From a virus (Duplodnaviria; Caudoviricetes): DNA of 64,000 nucleotides. Both the position numbers and the translations under genes were made by a program. Position 1 is the first letter of the stretch. Each line of letters starts with the position of its first letter. Shown piece by piece: positions 43,994-54,127 of the stretch. The notes under the pieces were generated by a model. That model was not told the origin of the DNA, ran no database searches, and worked only from the letters and a program-made list of their open reading frames with translations. The DNA lies in the IMG/VR virus record IMGVR_UViG_3300029798_000001, one strand, 5' to 3'.

Positions 43994-44737
43994 ATGAAGA
44001 AATTAGCAATTGCAGTAGCAGTAGCAGGTGTATTGAGTGCCTGTGGTACAAGTGGTACTAATTATAGTGCCCAGTATAACCAACAATCCACTCAAACTTC
44101 AGCGCAGATGAGTAATGCTATTAGTCAGGCACCGGAATGGATGAGCAAGTTACCAAAGGCCGCAGGGTATGTGTTTGAAAACGGCACAGCAACCAGTTCC
44201 GACTTTGGATTTGCCGATATCAAGGCCAAGACCATTGCCTACAGCAAAATCTGTACAGCCGCAGGCGGTAAAGTGCGTAGTCAGGTTAAAATGTATAAGG
44301 CCGATAATGGCGACACCGGCACCGAGCAAAGTGAAATGGCTGTTCGGAGTATGTGCCCAGATGTGGATATCAGTGGTGTAGAAACTGTTGAGATGAAACA
44401 CGTAGCTGATGGCAATCGCATTCGTACCTATGTGTTGGTAGCACTACCACTTAATGGTCATATGAATAAAGATATTAAGCGTAGTGCCAAAGAGGCCTTT
44501 AAGGAACTTGACGAAATCACAGGCAATAAGCCACTTAGTAGTGATGTTGAAGTTGCGCCAGTAACTGTTACACCAGTTGCACCACAGAAGAGTGAAGAAG
44601 TTAAAGTATCTCAACCAGACGGTGCAACCTCAACACTCAACTTGATGCCAGTGGAGAATGCCGAGTACAAGGCTCGTCGAGAAGAAGCACTTAAGAAACC
44701 CGGGGCTGTAATAGGACAAGTTTCAATTGCCAACTAA
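43994..44737 (+). CDS. LPP20-like lipoprotein
   Basis: Lipobox VLSAC; APEWM...NGTATS...A..KA..IA...TYVLV pattern. Confidence 0.6.
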   Translation: MKKLAIAVAVAGVLSACGTSGTNYSAQYNQQSTQTSAQMSNAISQAPEWMSKLPKAAGYVFENGTATSSDFGFADIKAKTIAYSKICTAAGGKVRSQVKMYKADNGDTGTEQSEMAVRSMCPDVDISGVETVEMKHVADGNRIRTYVLVALPLNGHMNKDIKRSAKEAFKELDEITGNKPLSSDVEVAPVTVTPVAPQKSEEVKVSQPDGATSTLNLMPVENAEYKARREEALKKPGAVIGQVSIAN

Positions 44738-44749
44738 TCGAGTAAATAA

Positions 44750-46129
44750 ATGAACACCATAGACTTTACCGGTGAACAATTTGATGAGATAAAAGTGGCC
44801 GCCGATTGGATACGAGACTTAGAGAGTAGTGATAGTCGGTTACACAAGGAATCAGTGATTGAGAAGGCCTTACTGGCCAGTAAGCTAGGTTCCTCAAACG
44901 CTCAGTGTTTCTTGTTTAACTGCTACCAAGCCTACAACCCCTATTATGTCTTTGGTGTTAAAAAAGTTCCAGAGACTGATGGTCTAATAGATAAACCCAA
45001 TCCATGGCCAAAGTTCTGGGCCATGCTCGAAGGTCTCCGTACTCGTGGTCTCACCGGTCACAATGCCAAGACCGCAATTGAGTTTATGTCAGAGCAGTTT
45101 GATTCGGTGGAGTGGAACAACCTATGCCGTAGAGTTATTATTAAAGATCTACGCTGTGGCATCAGTGAAAAAACTTTAAACAAGGTTCTTGGCAACACTG
45201 AATGGCGGATTCCTGTGTTTACTTGTCAGTTGGCTACAGACTCAGAAAAGCATGTGGCTAAAATGACCGGAATCAAACGCCTAGAACAGAAGTTAGATGG
45301 TGTGCGTGTGCTGGCGGTAGTAACCAAGACCGCAGTGAATCTATACAGTCGCAATGGTAAGCCGTTTGATAACTTTCCGCAGATTGTAGAATCACTCGAA
45401 GATATTAAAAATAAGTTTGCTAAACTATTTCAAAGAAATCCAATGGGATTTGTGTTAGATGGCGAAATCATTGGTGAAAGTTTTCAAGCCTTAATGAAAC
45501 AGGCCCAACGTAAGACGGATGTGCAAACAGATGGTATGACTTATAGCGTGTTTGATGTTATTCCATTGGCAGACTTTGAACGTGGATTTTGGAATGCCCA
45601 ACAATATAAACGCCTGGCTATCCTAGAAGAATATCGTGCGGTGTTTGAAATGACCAACTCGGTTCGTATCATGGACGGTATTGAAGTTGATTTAGACACA
45701 GCTGAAGGACACGATATACTTAAACGCTACTCTGCAGATGCAGTAGCAGACGGTTTTGAGGGAATCATGATAAAATCACTCGACGCACCGTATGAATGCC
45801 GTCGTAGCACATTCTGGATGAAGCTCAAGCCAACCATCACTGTAGACTTAAATATTGTTGGTTTTGAAGAAGGCACTGGTCGCAATGTAGGCCGCTTGGG
45901 TGCTATAATTTGTGAAGGAGATGACAATGGTCGTCGTATTAATGTTAATGTGGGTAGTGGCCTTTCCGATGCTAATCGTGATGAATATTGGAGTGCCCGA
46001 GATCAGTTACTTGGCGATGTTATTGAAGTCGAAGCAGACGCAGTGACACAAAATCAAGATGGAACTTACAGTTTGAGATTCCCTCGCTTTGTTCGTTTTC
46101 GTGGATTTGAACCTGGAGAGAAATTATGA
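44750..46129 (+). CDS. gp30: ATP-dependent DNA ligase
   Basis: EQKLDGVR, YSRNGK, LDGEI, VFDVI, EGIMIK, WMKLKP, LRFPRF. Confidence 0.92.
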   Translation: MNTIDFTGEQFDEIKVAADWIRDLESSDSRLHKESVIEKALLASKLGSSNAQCFLFNCYQAYNPYYVFGVKKVPETDGLIDKPNPWPKFWAMLEGLRTRGLTGHNAKTAIEFMSEQFDSVEWNNLCRRVIIKDLRCGISEKTLNKVLGNTEWRIPVFTCQLATDSEKHVAKMTGIKRLEQKLDGVRVLAVVTKTAVNLYSRNGKPFDNFPQIVESLEDIKNKFAKLFQRNPMGFVLDGEIIGESFQALMKQAQRKTDVQTDGMTYSVFDVIPLADFERGFWNAQQYKRLAILEEYRAVFEMTNSVRIMDGIEVDLDTAEGHDILKRYSADAVADGFEGIMIKSLDAPYECRRSTFWMKLKPTITVDLNIVGFEEGTGRNVGRLGAIICEGDDNGRRINVNVGSGLSDANRDEYWSARDQLLGDVIEVEADAVTQNQDGTYSLRFPRFVRFRGFEPGEKL

Positions 46130-46242
46130 TTGAATGGTTTATGGCGCAGACTTGGCTAATCGAAGGTCTAGTCACAATGGTTGCGGCCCTAATGGTAGCG
46201 ACCATTGTTTATTTTTGGATAGAACATTTTAGAGGTGAATAA
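46126..46242 (+). CDS. 38-aa TM protein, absent from the ORF track
   Basis: GGAG RBS; hydrophobic core; coupled at both ends. Confidence 0.5.
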   Translation: MIEWFMAQTWLIEGLVTMVAALMVATIVYFWIEHFRGE

Positions 46243-46550
46243 TGGGAATCAGTGATCCTGCTTTTGGCGCAGTTCCGGATATTGATATGACCTACCCTAA
46301 CGGAACAGTGGGCTCATTCAAAATTCAGTCGCCAAATTTAGTGGCAGACAAAACAGGCCTTTATCAAATTCTCAACACGGATGAATACCAAAATTCAGTG
46401 GCCTTTCATGCAGGTGGCGCAGAAATGCTACGCTTGAGCCCAGATGGGTTTTATGTTCGCGGGCAACTAGTCGATCAGGATGACAAAGAAGCACAAACAG
46501 TATATAATAGTTTTACACAATGGTTAGCTTGGCAACAACTTAGCAGATAG
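46242..46550 (+). CDS. Hypothetical protein
   Basis: ORF track; GAGG RBS. Confidence 0.6.
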   Translation: MGISDPAFGAVPDIDMTYPNGTVGSFKIQSPNLVADKTGLYQILNTDEYQNSVAFHAGGAEMLRLSPDGFYVRGQLVDQDDKEAQTVYNSFTQWLAWQQLSR

Positions 46551-46558
46551 AGGATCAA

Positions 46559-47680
46559 ATGGCAACACAAGAAGAACAGCAATTACTAATTGATACACTA
46601 AAGTTTACTCCACGCACCTACAAGATCAGTATGTGGGGTTATGGTGGCGAAAAGGTCATGGGCACAGTAAGTCGTGAAGCCTACGACTATTGTTTGGAAA
46701 ACCAAGTTGACCTTACAGACATTTCGTGGAATTCAGATTCCGCAGAAGAAATGGAACTCGACGAAGATAAACTACCATTTCCTCCTGGTTCATGGTATGA
46801 GTGTGACAATATGGCTCACGCTAGTGGTGTTAGCCGTAATGCCGGCACTATTCAGATCGAGGATGAAAATGGCGAAGTGGTATTTGAAAAGTCTCTTGAA
46901 GACTGCGACGGTTGTGAAGATAGCCCAGAGTGGTCGTGTTTTGATGAAGCGTACATTGGTAGCCAACCTGCTGGCACTGTAGTATTTGTTGGCTCCAGCA
47001 ACGAAAAGGGCACATTCTTCGAAGGCGAGATCGAACTTACTGCGCCGTTTGATATTACCAAACTTACTTTGTCCTGCGAGGATATCGATGGAGAAGAACT
47101 TATTAGCAGTGTAACTTACGATGGCGAAGATATCGACAACTTTGGTGGTAGCACCGATGGTAAGAGTTCGGACTTTGGTATGTATGTTGTTATTGACAGC
47201 AACACATGGGAAACTTATAGCCCAGAAGAAAAAGATTGGGGCCACCCTGAATACGGCACAAGTCCAAGCACCTGGGAGAAGTCTCCGGACTTTAAGTTTA
47301 AGAAAGACAAGCCAACGATTCCAGGTTACTATAGCGTAAACTGGTGCTATGGTTCTACATATGGTAGCTTGTATTGGGATGGTAAAGAGTTTGGAGATTG
47401 GGAATACGGCAAATTTAATCCAGTAGCACAAGAAGGGGTGAAGTCTTGGTCTGGTTATAACTGGGACACTAGCAACTGGGATAACCAGCCGATAGAGCCA
47501 TTTGATATTATTTGCTCCAACGAAAAATGTGGGTGGGTGGGTAAAAGTGACGAGCGACGTACAGACGATAACTATGATGATCACTGCCCTAATTGTGATG
47601 GTACCGAGTTTAGCTGGATTGACTATGATCCAGACAGTAAACAAGGCCGTGCCAATCGTAAGAAGTATTGTAAAGAATAG
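46559..47680 (+). CDS. Acidic hypothetical protein with C-terminal zinc ribbon
   Basis: CSNEKC...HCPNC. Confidence 0.7.
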   Translation: MATQEEQQLLIDTLKFTPRTYKISMWGYGGEKVMGTVSREAYDYCLENQVDLTDISWNSDSAEEMELDEDKLPFPPGSWYECDNMAHASGVSRNAGTIQIEDENGEVVFEKSLEDCDGCEDSPEWSCFDEAYIGSQPAGTVVFVGSSNEKGTFFEGEIELTAPFDITKLTLSCEDIDGEELISSVTYDGEDIDNFGGSTDGKSSDFGMYVVIDSNTWETYSPEEKDWGHPEYGTSPSTWEKSPDFKFKKDKPTIPGYYSVNWCYGSTYGSLYWDGKEFGDWEYGKFNPVAQEGVKSWSGYNWDTSNWDNQPIEPFDIICSNEKCGWVGKSDERRTDDNYDDHCPNCDGTEFSWIDYDPDSKQGRANRKKYCKE

Positions 47681-47756
47681 GATCCAGTGGCTTCTTTAGA
47701 AAAAATTATTAAAGAGATCCCTGTTACAGAATAAATTTTAAATTAAGGAGATGTAA

Positions 47757-48293
47757 ATGACTTGGACAATTCCAAATGTAACTTTCGCCTTGCGCGAAGG
47801 AGATGAACCACCAGTAGAAGGCGGCAGCTGCCCAATTGGTGGTGAATTTGTATTTAAAACCACAGCAGACTTGTTTGCCAACAAGCGTGTAATCGTATTC
47901 AGCTTGCCAGGAGCATTTACGCCCACTTGCTCAACATATCAACTACCCGGTTTTGAAGAGCAGTTTGCTGATTTCCAAGCCGAAGGTATTGATGAGATTT
48001 ACTGTATCTCAGTCAACGATGCCTTTGTCATGAACGAATGGGCTCGCGGCCTTGGCATTAAGAATGTTAAAGTTATTCCTGATGGAAACGGCGACTTTAC
48101 TCGCTTAATGGGTATGTTGGTCAATAAAACTGTTATCGGCTTTGGCCCACGCAGTCATCGCTATGCCGCTATCATCAATGATGGCACTGTAGAAAAACTG
48201 TTTGAAGAACCCGGCCGTGAAGATAATCACAACGGTGATCCATACGGCGAAAGTAGTCCTGAAAATGTAATGAAATACCTTACCGGAGAGTAG
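47757..48293 (+). CDS. Peroxiredoxin (Prx5-type)
   Basis: LPGAFTPTCS, SVNDAFVM, PDGNG, RSHRYA. Confidence 0.9.
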   Translation: MTWTIPNVTFALREGDEPPVEGGSCPIGGEFVFKTTADLFANKRVIVFSLPGAFTPTCSTYQLPGFEEQFADFQAEGIDEIYCISVNDAFVMNEWARGLGIKNVKVIPDGNGDFTRLMGMLVNKTVIGFGPRSHRYAAIINDGTVEKLFEEPGREDNHNGDPYGESSPENVMKYLTGE

Positions 48294-48295
48294 TT

Positions 48296-48493
48296 ATGAT
48301 TTGGTTATTTCTAGGTCTTCTGTTAGGATACGGCATAGGAGCCAACCGCCAGGCGCAGCGACTTCCGGACGACTTAGAAAAATGTAATGTTGAACGAAGT
48401 CAACAAGAGAAAGATATCGCATACTATAAAAAATTAACCAAAGATTTAGTTGACGATAATACAGAACTCAGGAGAAAAATTAATGATGCCTAG
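48296..48493 (+). CDS. TM + coiled-coil small protein
   Basis: MIWLFLGLLLGYGIG followed by heptads. Confidence 0.55.
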   Translation: MIWLFLGLLLGYGIGANRQAQRLPDDLEKCNVERSQQEKDIAYYKKLTKDLVDDNTELRRKINDA

Positions 48494-48677
48494 AGCGGAA
48501 GTAGCAGGATTATGTGGATGCGGTCGTAGCCCAATAGGCAAGTGTTGTGGCTGGCATGCCCTTACCGAAGATCAATATCGTGCTAAAAAAGACGAATATG
48601 ACTTGGCACAATACCGCGAGCAAGCCGAAGAACTTTGGTTCAATGGTGGTTCTTGTACTGGTGGTAAGCCTGAGTGA
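48486..48677 (+). CDS. CDGSH-like (NEET-type) Fe-S/zinc motif protein
   Basis: CGCGRSPIGKCCGWH approximates C-x-C-x2-S-x5-C-D-G-S-H. Confidence 0.55.
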   Translation: MPRAEVAGLCGCGRSPIGKCCGWHALTEDQYRAKKDEYDLAQYREQAEELWFNGGSCTGGKPE

Positions 48678-48776
48678 CCTTGATATCCAGATTGCTTTTG
48701 TATTGGGCGTTTACTTTGTTATAATGTTAGTAATTGCCCTTTTAGCACATCTACTTACTAAAAAATATAACGACAA

Positions 48777-49001
48777 ATGAATCCTGTTAAACTACTAGCC
48801 GATGGTATTGACCATCTTTGGTATTGGACCTATGGTATTATTGCTGGCTGGGGGCTGACATTCACTGTGGTTATTGTAGCAATTGTATTATTGTTTATTC
48901 GCACCATTAACCTGCAACGCAGAGTCGATCGATTAGAAAATCGTCTTATCACAGCCGAACGCGACTATAATCTTACGGTGAATAATTGGAAGAACAAATA
49001 A
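48777..49001 (+). CDS. TM + coiled-coil small protein
   Basis: Hydrophobic segment followed by LQRRVDRLENRL. Confidence 0.55.
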   Translation: MNPVKLLADGIDHLWYWTYGIIAGWGLTFTVVIVAIVLLFIRTINLQRRVDRLENRLITAERDYNLTVNNWKNK

Positions 49002-49546
49002 ATCATACCTGTTCAGTTTGTCAGTGTGAGTTTACCGACGATGACAGTGGCATAGATGGGTACTTTGGCATCCTTCCTGTGCGGTTTTGCCCTACTTGTT
49101 TTAGCTGTATGTGTGATATGACCAGTCAGTACATCGATCAAAAAGAGGAAGAAACAAATCCTGAACATGATCGATTAATAGAACACCTGCGTGGGTTACG
49201 CAGGATTGTAGTTAATACTCAACATGGCGGGTTTGGCCTAAGTCACGAAGGACAGATAGAATATTTAGAACGGTCAAACATTGCTTACACTTTAGAAGAC
49301 CGTGAAAGCCGAGATGCTACTCTGAGATTAGGCCAGTGTATTAAAGTTAATGGCAATCATTGGGCAGATTATAATGTTGCCAGAGATAATCCAGTATTAA
49401 TTAGTGTAGTGGAAGATTTAAAAGATCGTGCTAATGGGACTCACGCGAATTTAAGAATAGTGCAGGTTCCGGCCGATGTACGCTGGGTAATTGAAGAATA
49501 TGATGGAAAAGAGTGGGTCGCTGAGCAACACAGGACCTGGGATTAA
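48986..49546 (+). CDS. Cys-cluster protein with a C-terminal EYDG.E motif
   Basis: CSVCQC...CPTC; WVIEEYDGKEW. Confidence 0.55.
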   Translation: MEEQINHTCSVCQCEFTDDDSGIDGYFGILPVRFCPTCFSCMCDMTSQYIDQKEEETNPEHDRLIEHLRGLRRIVVNTQHGGFGLSHEGQIEYLERSNIAYTLEDRESRDATLRLGQCIKVNGNHWADYNVARDNPVLISVVEDLKDRANGTHANLRIVQVPADVRWVIEEYDGKEWVAEQHRTWD

Positions 49547-49566
49547 TTTACAATAAATATAAAACT

Positions 49567-51489
49567 ATGCTACTTGGCTACATGACCTTATTCACTGCGT
49601 TGATACTTTCGTTATCAGCAGCAGTATACTCAATACTAGGATTGACTGCCATCTTTGCATCGGCTTTTTGGCCTATTGTTATTCTTGGAGGCAGCCTTGA
49701 GATTGGTAAAATTGTCACGGTATTATGGTTACACAAATATTGGACCAAGGCAGAAATACAATATAAACTATATCTATGTAGTGCCGTACTTATATTAATG
49801 GTGCTAACCAGTATGGGGGTGTTTGGCTTCTTATCAAAGGCACACCTAGATCAAGCAGTACCGAGCGGCGATATACAAGCTCAAGTACAAATATTTGATG
49901 ATAAAATTCAAACACAAAAAGACAACATTAAAACAGCCCGAGCGGCACTAACACAAATGGATAGCGCCGTAGATCAGGTTATGGGCCGTAGCCAGGATGA
50001 AAAGGGCGCAGATAAAGCAGTTGCTATTCGTAGAAGTCAGGCCCGTGAGCGCACAGCATTACAAAATGAGATCTCAAAAGCTCAAACAGAAATTACCAAG
50101 TTACAAGAAGGCCGTGCCCCTATTGCTAGCCAAGCTCGTAAAGTAGAAGCAGAAGTAGGACCAATCAAATATATTGCCGCATTAATCTATAGCGACAATC
50201 CAGATCAAAATATTTTAGAAAAAGCAGTCCGTTGGGTTATTATTCTTATTGTTATTGTATTTGATCCATTGGCTCTTACATTGTTATTGGCCGCAACCAA
50301 AGCTATTGAATGGGAGCACGGCATTGATTTATTCAATTTGCAAAAGAAAAAAGATGAAGAACCAGTAGAGGAAGAATCGGCGGAATCTTGGTTTGACCGT
50401 GCAAAGAAACGAGCCCGCTTTTGGGACAAACATCGAGTAGAGCAAGAAAAAAATGAAGTTGAGTTTGAGGGAGTTCGGATCAATAGTAGAAAATGGATAC
50501 AAACAGGGCCAGAAATTCCTGTGCCTACCCATGTAAAGACCGTATACGATATTGATAATCTTGAGCCAGTGTTTGATCGTCAAGAAGATATTCCTGCAGA
50601 AGAGTATTCTCAGGCAGATGTAATATTGCGTCAAGGTGTCGCTGGGATTGATTCCTCCACTGCCATTCCTCTTAACGAACTGGCCAAAGATCCAAGCTCG
50701 CCCGGGTGGATGTTTACAAATATACCAAATACAAATGACCCTGTCGAAGTTGTTGACCCCCTTGCACATATAATTGTGCCACCCATAGACAAAGACCAAG
50801 ACCCACTACATCATTTAGTTAAAATGATGTGGTTACACGGTCATCCAAATCCGTTAGATGAACGAGCGTATCATGCACAATATCAGTCTGGCGATATCGA
50901 TCGATTACCCTGGCACGATGCCGAGCATATTAATAATCTTCCGATTAGTGATGGTGAGAAAAAACAATTAATATCTCGGTTTGTTGATATTCCACAATTA
51001 CCACCTACAAGATTTGTTGAAATAACCCCAATAACAGTCGATACCGATTCGGTATCAACACCGAGTGTTGAAGAGCCTAGCATATCTGAAAACACTCCCC
51101 CGGGTGGTGACGGGAATCTTTGGATACCACAAAACGGCCAATGGATTAATGCTGGCCCAATGGAACAATTTGATTTATCTAAGTTAGAAATAACAGCCGA
51201 TAATGTACCAACTGGAATTGCAGGCGAGGTTAAAGGCTTCGGAACACAATTTCCGATAGATGTTAATAAAGGTGACATGTTTTTACGAGTTGATTACTTA
51301 CCTAGCGTATTATATAAATTTAATGGAACCAACTGGATCGAAGTTGACAAAGCACTAACTGATAGCCATGCATATGATCAAGCATACATTGATCACTTAA
51401 TTTCTAAAATTGATTCGGGTGAGTATGACCCTGATTTGTTAAGTGATGCCGAACGAGACAGTATTGAAAAACGATTAAAACAACCATGA
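49567..51489 (+). CDS. Multi-TM coiled-coil membrane protein
   Basis: Several N-terminal TM helices, coiled coil, a further TM (IVFDPLAL) and an acidic tail; ATAAATA 7 nt upstream. Confidence 0.75.
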   Translation: MLLGYMTLFTALILSLSAAVYSILGLTAIFASAFWPIVILGGSLEIGKIVTVLWLHKYWTKAEIQYKLYLCSAVLILMVLTSMGVFGFLSKAHLDQAVPSGDIQAQVQIFDDKIQTQKDNIKTARAALTQMDSAVDQVMGRSQDEKGADKAVAIRRSQARERTALQNEISKAQTEITKLQEGRAPIASQARKVEAEVGPIKYIAALIYSDNPDQNILEKAVRWVIILIVIVFDPLALTLLLAATKAIEWEHGIDLFNLQKKKDEEPVEEESAESWFDRAKKRARFWDKHRVEQEKNEVEFEGVRINSRKWIQTGPEIPVPTHVKTVYDIDNLEPVFDRQEDIPAEEYSQADVILRQGVAGIDSSTAIPLNELAKDPSSPGWMFTNIPNTNDPVEVVDPLAHIIVPPIDKDQDPLHHLVKMMWLHGHPNPLDERAYHAQYQSGDIDRLPWHDAEHINNLPISDGEKKQLISRFVDIPQLPPTRFVEITPITVDTDSVSTPSVEEPSISENTPPGGDGNLWIPQNGQWINAGPMEQFDLSKLEITADNVPTGIAGEVKGFGTQFPIDVNKGDMFLRVDYLPSVLYKFNGTNWIEVDKALTDSHAYDQAYIDHLISKIDSGEYDPDLLSDAERDSIEKRLKQP

Positions 51490-52685
51490 CCAATACATTA
51501 GCCCATTGTAGTTTTTGTGATAAACATAAAGATCAAGTCGGAAAATTGATTGTAAGTCATAATGTTGCTATTTGTAGTGACTGTATAGAATTTTGTAATA
51601 ATCTACTTAAAGATACTAAAAAAACAAACATTAAACAAAAACCTACCATTGATGTTCCGGATCCGTTGGACATAAAAAACTATCTTGATCAACATGTAGT
51701 AGGTCAAGACCAGTCCAAAATTGTTCTTAGTGTAGCCGTCGCTAATCATTTTAAACGAATTAGCCACGGTGGAACTGATTTACAAAAATCTAATATTCTA
51801 ATGATAGGACCTACCGGAACCGGCAAGACACTTATGGCTAAAACTGTGGCACGATATTTAAATGTACCATTTGTAATAGCCGATGCAACTACTTTAACTG
51901 AAGCCGGGTATGTTGGTGAAGATGTTGAAAGTTTAATTGCCGGGTTATACACAGCCGCCGACGGTAATATTGAACAATGTCAACGCGGTATTATATTCCT
52001 TGATGAAATTGACAAAATTGCTAGAAAAAGCGAAAGCTCAACGGTAACAAAAGATGTTAGCGGCGAAGGAGTACAACAGGCCTTGTTAAAATTAGTCGAA
52101 GGCACTCGATGCAGGATACCTGCACACGGTACTAAAAAAACTAGTCAGTCTGACACTGTAGAAATTGATACTACTAATATTTTGTTTATTGCTAGTGGTG
52201 CCTTTGTTGGGCTTGACAATATTTTAAAAAGTCGAATACAAGGGACTAGCATGGGGTTTGGAGCTCAAATTACTTCGGAAACAATACAAGAGTTAGAGCC
52301 AGTTACACCCGATGATTTAGTTCGGTATGGAATGATTCCAGAATTTGTAGGAAGATTTAGTAGTTATGTTAATTTACACGGGTTAACTAAGACTCAATTG
52401 ATTAGTATATTAACCGATGTTAAACATAATTTTATAGAACAATATCAATGGTTGTTTGATCAAGACGGAGTAAACTTAACTTTTGACACAGAAAGTCTTA
52501 ATCTTATAGCAGAACGCACATTAAAGACAAAAACTGGTGCTAGAGGATTACATAGCGAGCTAGAACGCATACTGTTACCACATATGTTTGATTTACCTAG
52601 ATATAACAAACAGAACATCTCTCGGGTCGTAATCAATAAAACCCAGGTAAATACTCCAATGACACTATTACAAGGAAACGCATGA
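51486..52685 (+). CDS. clpX: ClpX AAA+ unfoldase
   Basis: Zinc-binding domain CSFC...[34 protein letters not shown] loop, TGARGL. Confidence 0.93.
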   Translation: MTNTLAHCSFCDKHKDQVGKLIVSHNVAICSDCIEFCNNLLKDTKKTNIKQKPTIDVPDPLDIKNYLDQHVVGQDQSKIVLSVAVANHFKRISHGGTDLQKSNILMIGPTGTGKTLMAKTVARYLNVPFVIADATTLTEAGYVGEDVESLIAGLYTAADGNIEQCQRGIIFLDEIDKIARKSESSTVTKDVSGEGVQQALLKLVEGTRCRIPAHGTKKTSQSDTVEIDTTNILFIASGAFVGLDNILKSRIQGTSMGFGAQITSETIQELEPVTPDDLVRYGMIPEFVGRFSSYVNLHGLTKTQLISILTDVKHNFIEQYQWLFDQDGVNLTFDTESLNLIAERTLKTKTGARGLHSELERILLPHMFDLPRYNKQNISRVVINKTQVNTPMTLLQGNA

Positions 52686-52903
52686 AAGAGTATCTAAGAG
52701 GAGTAAGGATCTCTGATGGAAATGTAGAAAAGGCCTTAAGAAAATTTAAGAAAAAAATACAAGAATCTGGATTATTAGACGAACTACGCAGTCGCGAAAC
52801 ATACGAAAAGCCTACTACAGAACGCAAACGCAAAAAGGGAGCAGCACGAGCCCGGTTGCGTAAGCAACTTAGAGACCAATCTTTACCAACAAAACTTTTT
52901 TAA
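52682..52903 (+). CDS. rpsU: Ribosomal protein bS21
   Basis: [11 protein letters not shown]...[25 protein letters not shown]. Confidence 0.9.
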   Translation: MKEYLRGVRISDGNVEKALRKFKKKIQESGLLDELRSRETYEKPTTERKRKKGAARARLRKQLRDQSLPTKLF

Positions 52904-52904
52904 A

Positions 52905-53903
52905 ATGAGTTACATTAGAAATATCGCTCCTGGCGTAATACGCTATACCTGCGGACTTTATAGCCGAAAAGATTTACAAAATGTTCAAAATACAGTAGTA
53001 AGAGATCTTGCTACTAATAATTTATCTATCGATGATTTAAAAAATAATATATTACTACTTGATTTTTTGGCAGAAGGCCATGACGATAAGTTAATACAAC
53101 CGTTGATTGATTATCTTGCCACTATAGCCGGCATCGACAACATTCGTGTATTATTTAATGCCGCAATAGATGTATCTAAATTACCCTATCGAGCTAGGTC
53201 GTTTGTTACACATTTTACTACCTGGGATGGTCGATTTGTCAATGATGGCAACCAAGAAACTGTGCAATTAGAAACTAAATTTTTATGTTTGGCACGAAGA
53301 CCGAGCACTGCTCGTGCCAAACTTCTTAGTCAGTTGTTAAATGAGGTGCCTGATATTCGAGCTAGTTTCGGTAGTGGGTTTTACGATCCAAGTATGATTG
53401 ATCAATATAAATCCTATTTTCCTAATCATTCATTGCCGATAATGTTATCTGATGGTGATGCTCGCTCTCATAATTATTTTCTTGCTAGTGATATTTTTCA
53501 AACTTGTTTGTTTAATATTATAGTAGAAACTAGCAATCAAAATGACACATCTGGGTGGAATTCCATCTTCTTAACAGAAAAAACATTTAAATGTTTTGAT
53601 TTGTATCAAATACCTATTTGGTTTGCTGTACCTGGGATCGTAGCACAAGTACGAAAGTTAGGCTTTGATTTATTTGATGATATTATCGATCATGGGTATG
53701 ATGATATTATTGATGAAGCAGAACGAATAAATTCTATTATTGCTCAGGCAAAAAATCTAGATAATAAGTTTTCTTTAGCGGACTGCCAAAATTTAAGAAA
53801 TACTATGTATCCTCGACTTAAGGCTAATCTTGCCGTGCTCGACGGATTAACCGCCAGTTATACCCAAACAAATGATCAATTGATTAACGAATTATTAACA
53901 TAA
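52905..53903 (+). CDS. Glycosyltransferase-like protein, paralog of 58143..59438
   Basis: Both share IVET/VLET...L.TEK...P...G...LR..GF..F.....YD.I. Confidence 0.45.
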   Translation: MSYIRNIAPGVIRYTCGLYSRKDLQNVQNTVVRDLATNNLSIDDLKNNILLLDFLAEGHDDKLIQPLIDYLATIAGIDNIRVLFNAAIDVSKLPYRARSFVTHFTTWDGRFVNDGNQETVQLETKFLCLARRPSTARAKLLSQLLNEVPDIRASFGSGFYDPSMIDQYKSYFPNHSLPIMLSDGDARSHNYFLASDIFQTCLFNIIVETSNQNDTSGWNSIFLTEKTFKCFDLYQIPIWFAVPGIVAQVRKLGFDLFDDIIDHGYDDIIDEAERINSIIAQAKNLDNKFSLADCQNLRNTMYPRLKANLAVLDGLTASYTQTNDQLINELLT

Positions 53904-53917
53904 CTTAAAAAATCTGT

Positions 53918-53985
53918 TATAAATATATTATGTAGATGCCCAATTAGGGTCTACTTTATTACTTGCTTATTTTTAAGGAGAATTT
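53918..53985 (+). promoter_or_regulatory. Late promoter + hairpin + ROSE-like RBS hairpin with no following start codon (orphan leader)
   Basis: TATAAATA(53918-25); GTAGATGCC/GGGTCTAC; CTTGCTT(53962-68)...AAGGAG(53975-80); no ATG/GTG/TTG at SD distance. Confidence 0.65.
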
Positions 53986-54056
53986 ATATATCAACGCAAC
54001 CCTTTCTGGCCCAGTGTCAACCCCTTACAATTTAAACATTTAACTATCAATAGTTA

Positions 54057-54085
54057 TTGACACTTATTCCTATTTGTGTTATAAT
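54057..54085 (+). promoter_or_regulatory. Consensus sigma70 promoter for groES-groEL
   Basis: TTGACA-17-TATAAT with TG extension. Confidence 0.85.
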
Positions 54086-54127
54086 CTATTATTGTGGTAA
54101 TATCATTTACATTTAAAAGGAGTCAAA

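Noticed and set aside
46790-47644. Long antisense ORFs (also 4317-4931, 55018-55701, 60145-60666)
   Set aside because: They shadow well-supported + strand genes and have no motifs or RBS. This is the expected result of codon bias.
47687-47734. 15-codon minigene MASLEKIIKEIPVTE as a regulatory peptide
   Set aside because: More likely a truncated gene remnant or chance; no attenuator structure follows.
54015-54020. Minus-strand TTGACA as an antisense promoter in the groES upstream gap
   Set aside because: No acceptable -10 at 16-18 nt spacing.
54036-54127. CIRCE or sigma32 heat-shock elements
   Set aside because: No TTAGCACTC-N9-GAGTGCTAA or CCCCAT-type motif is present; the promoter is plain sigma70.
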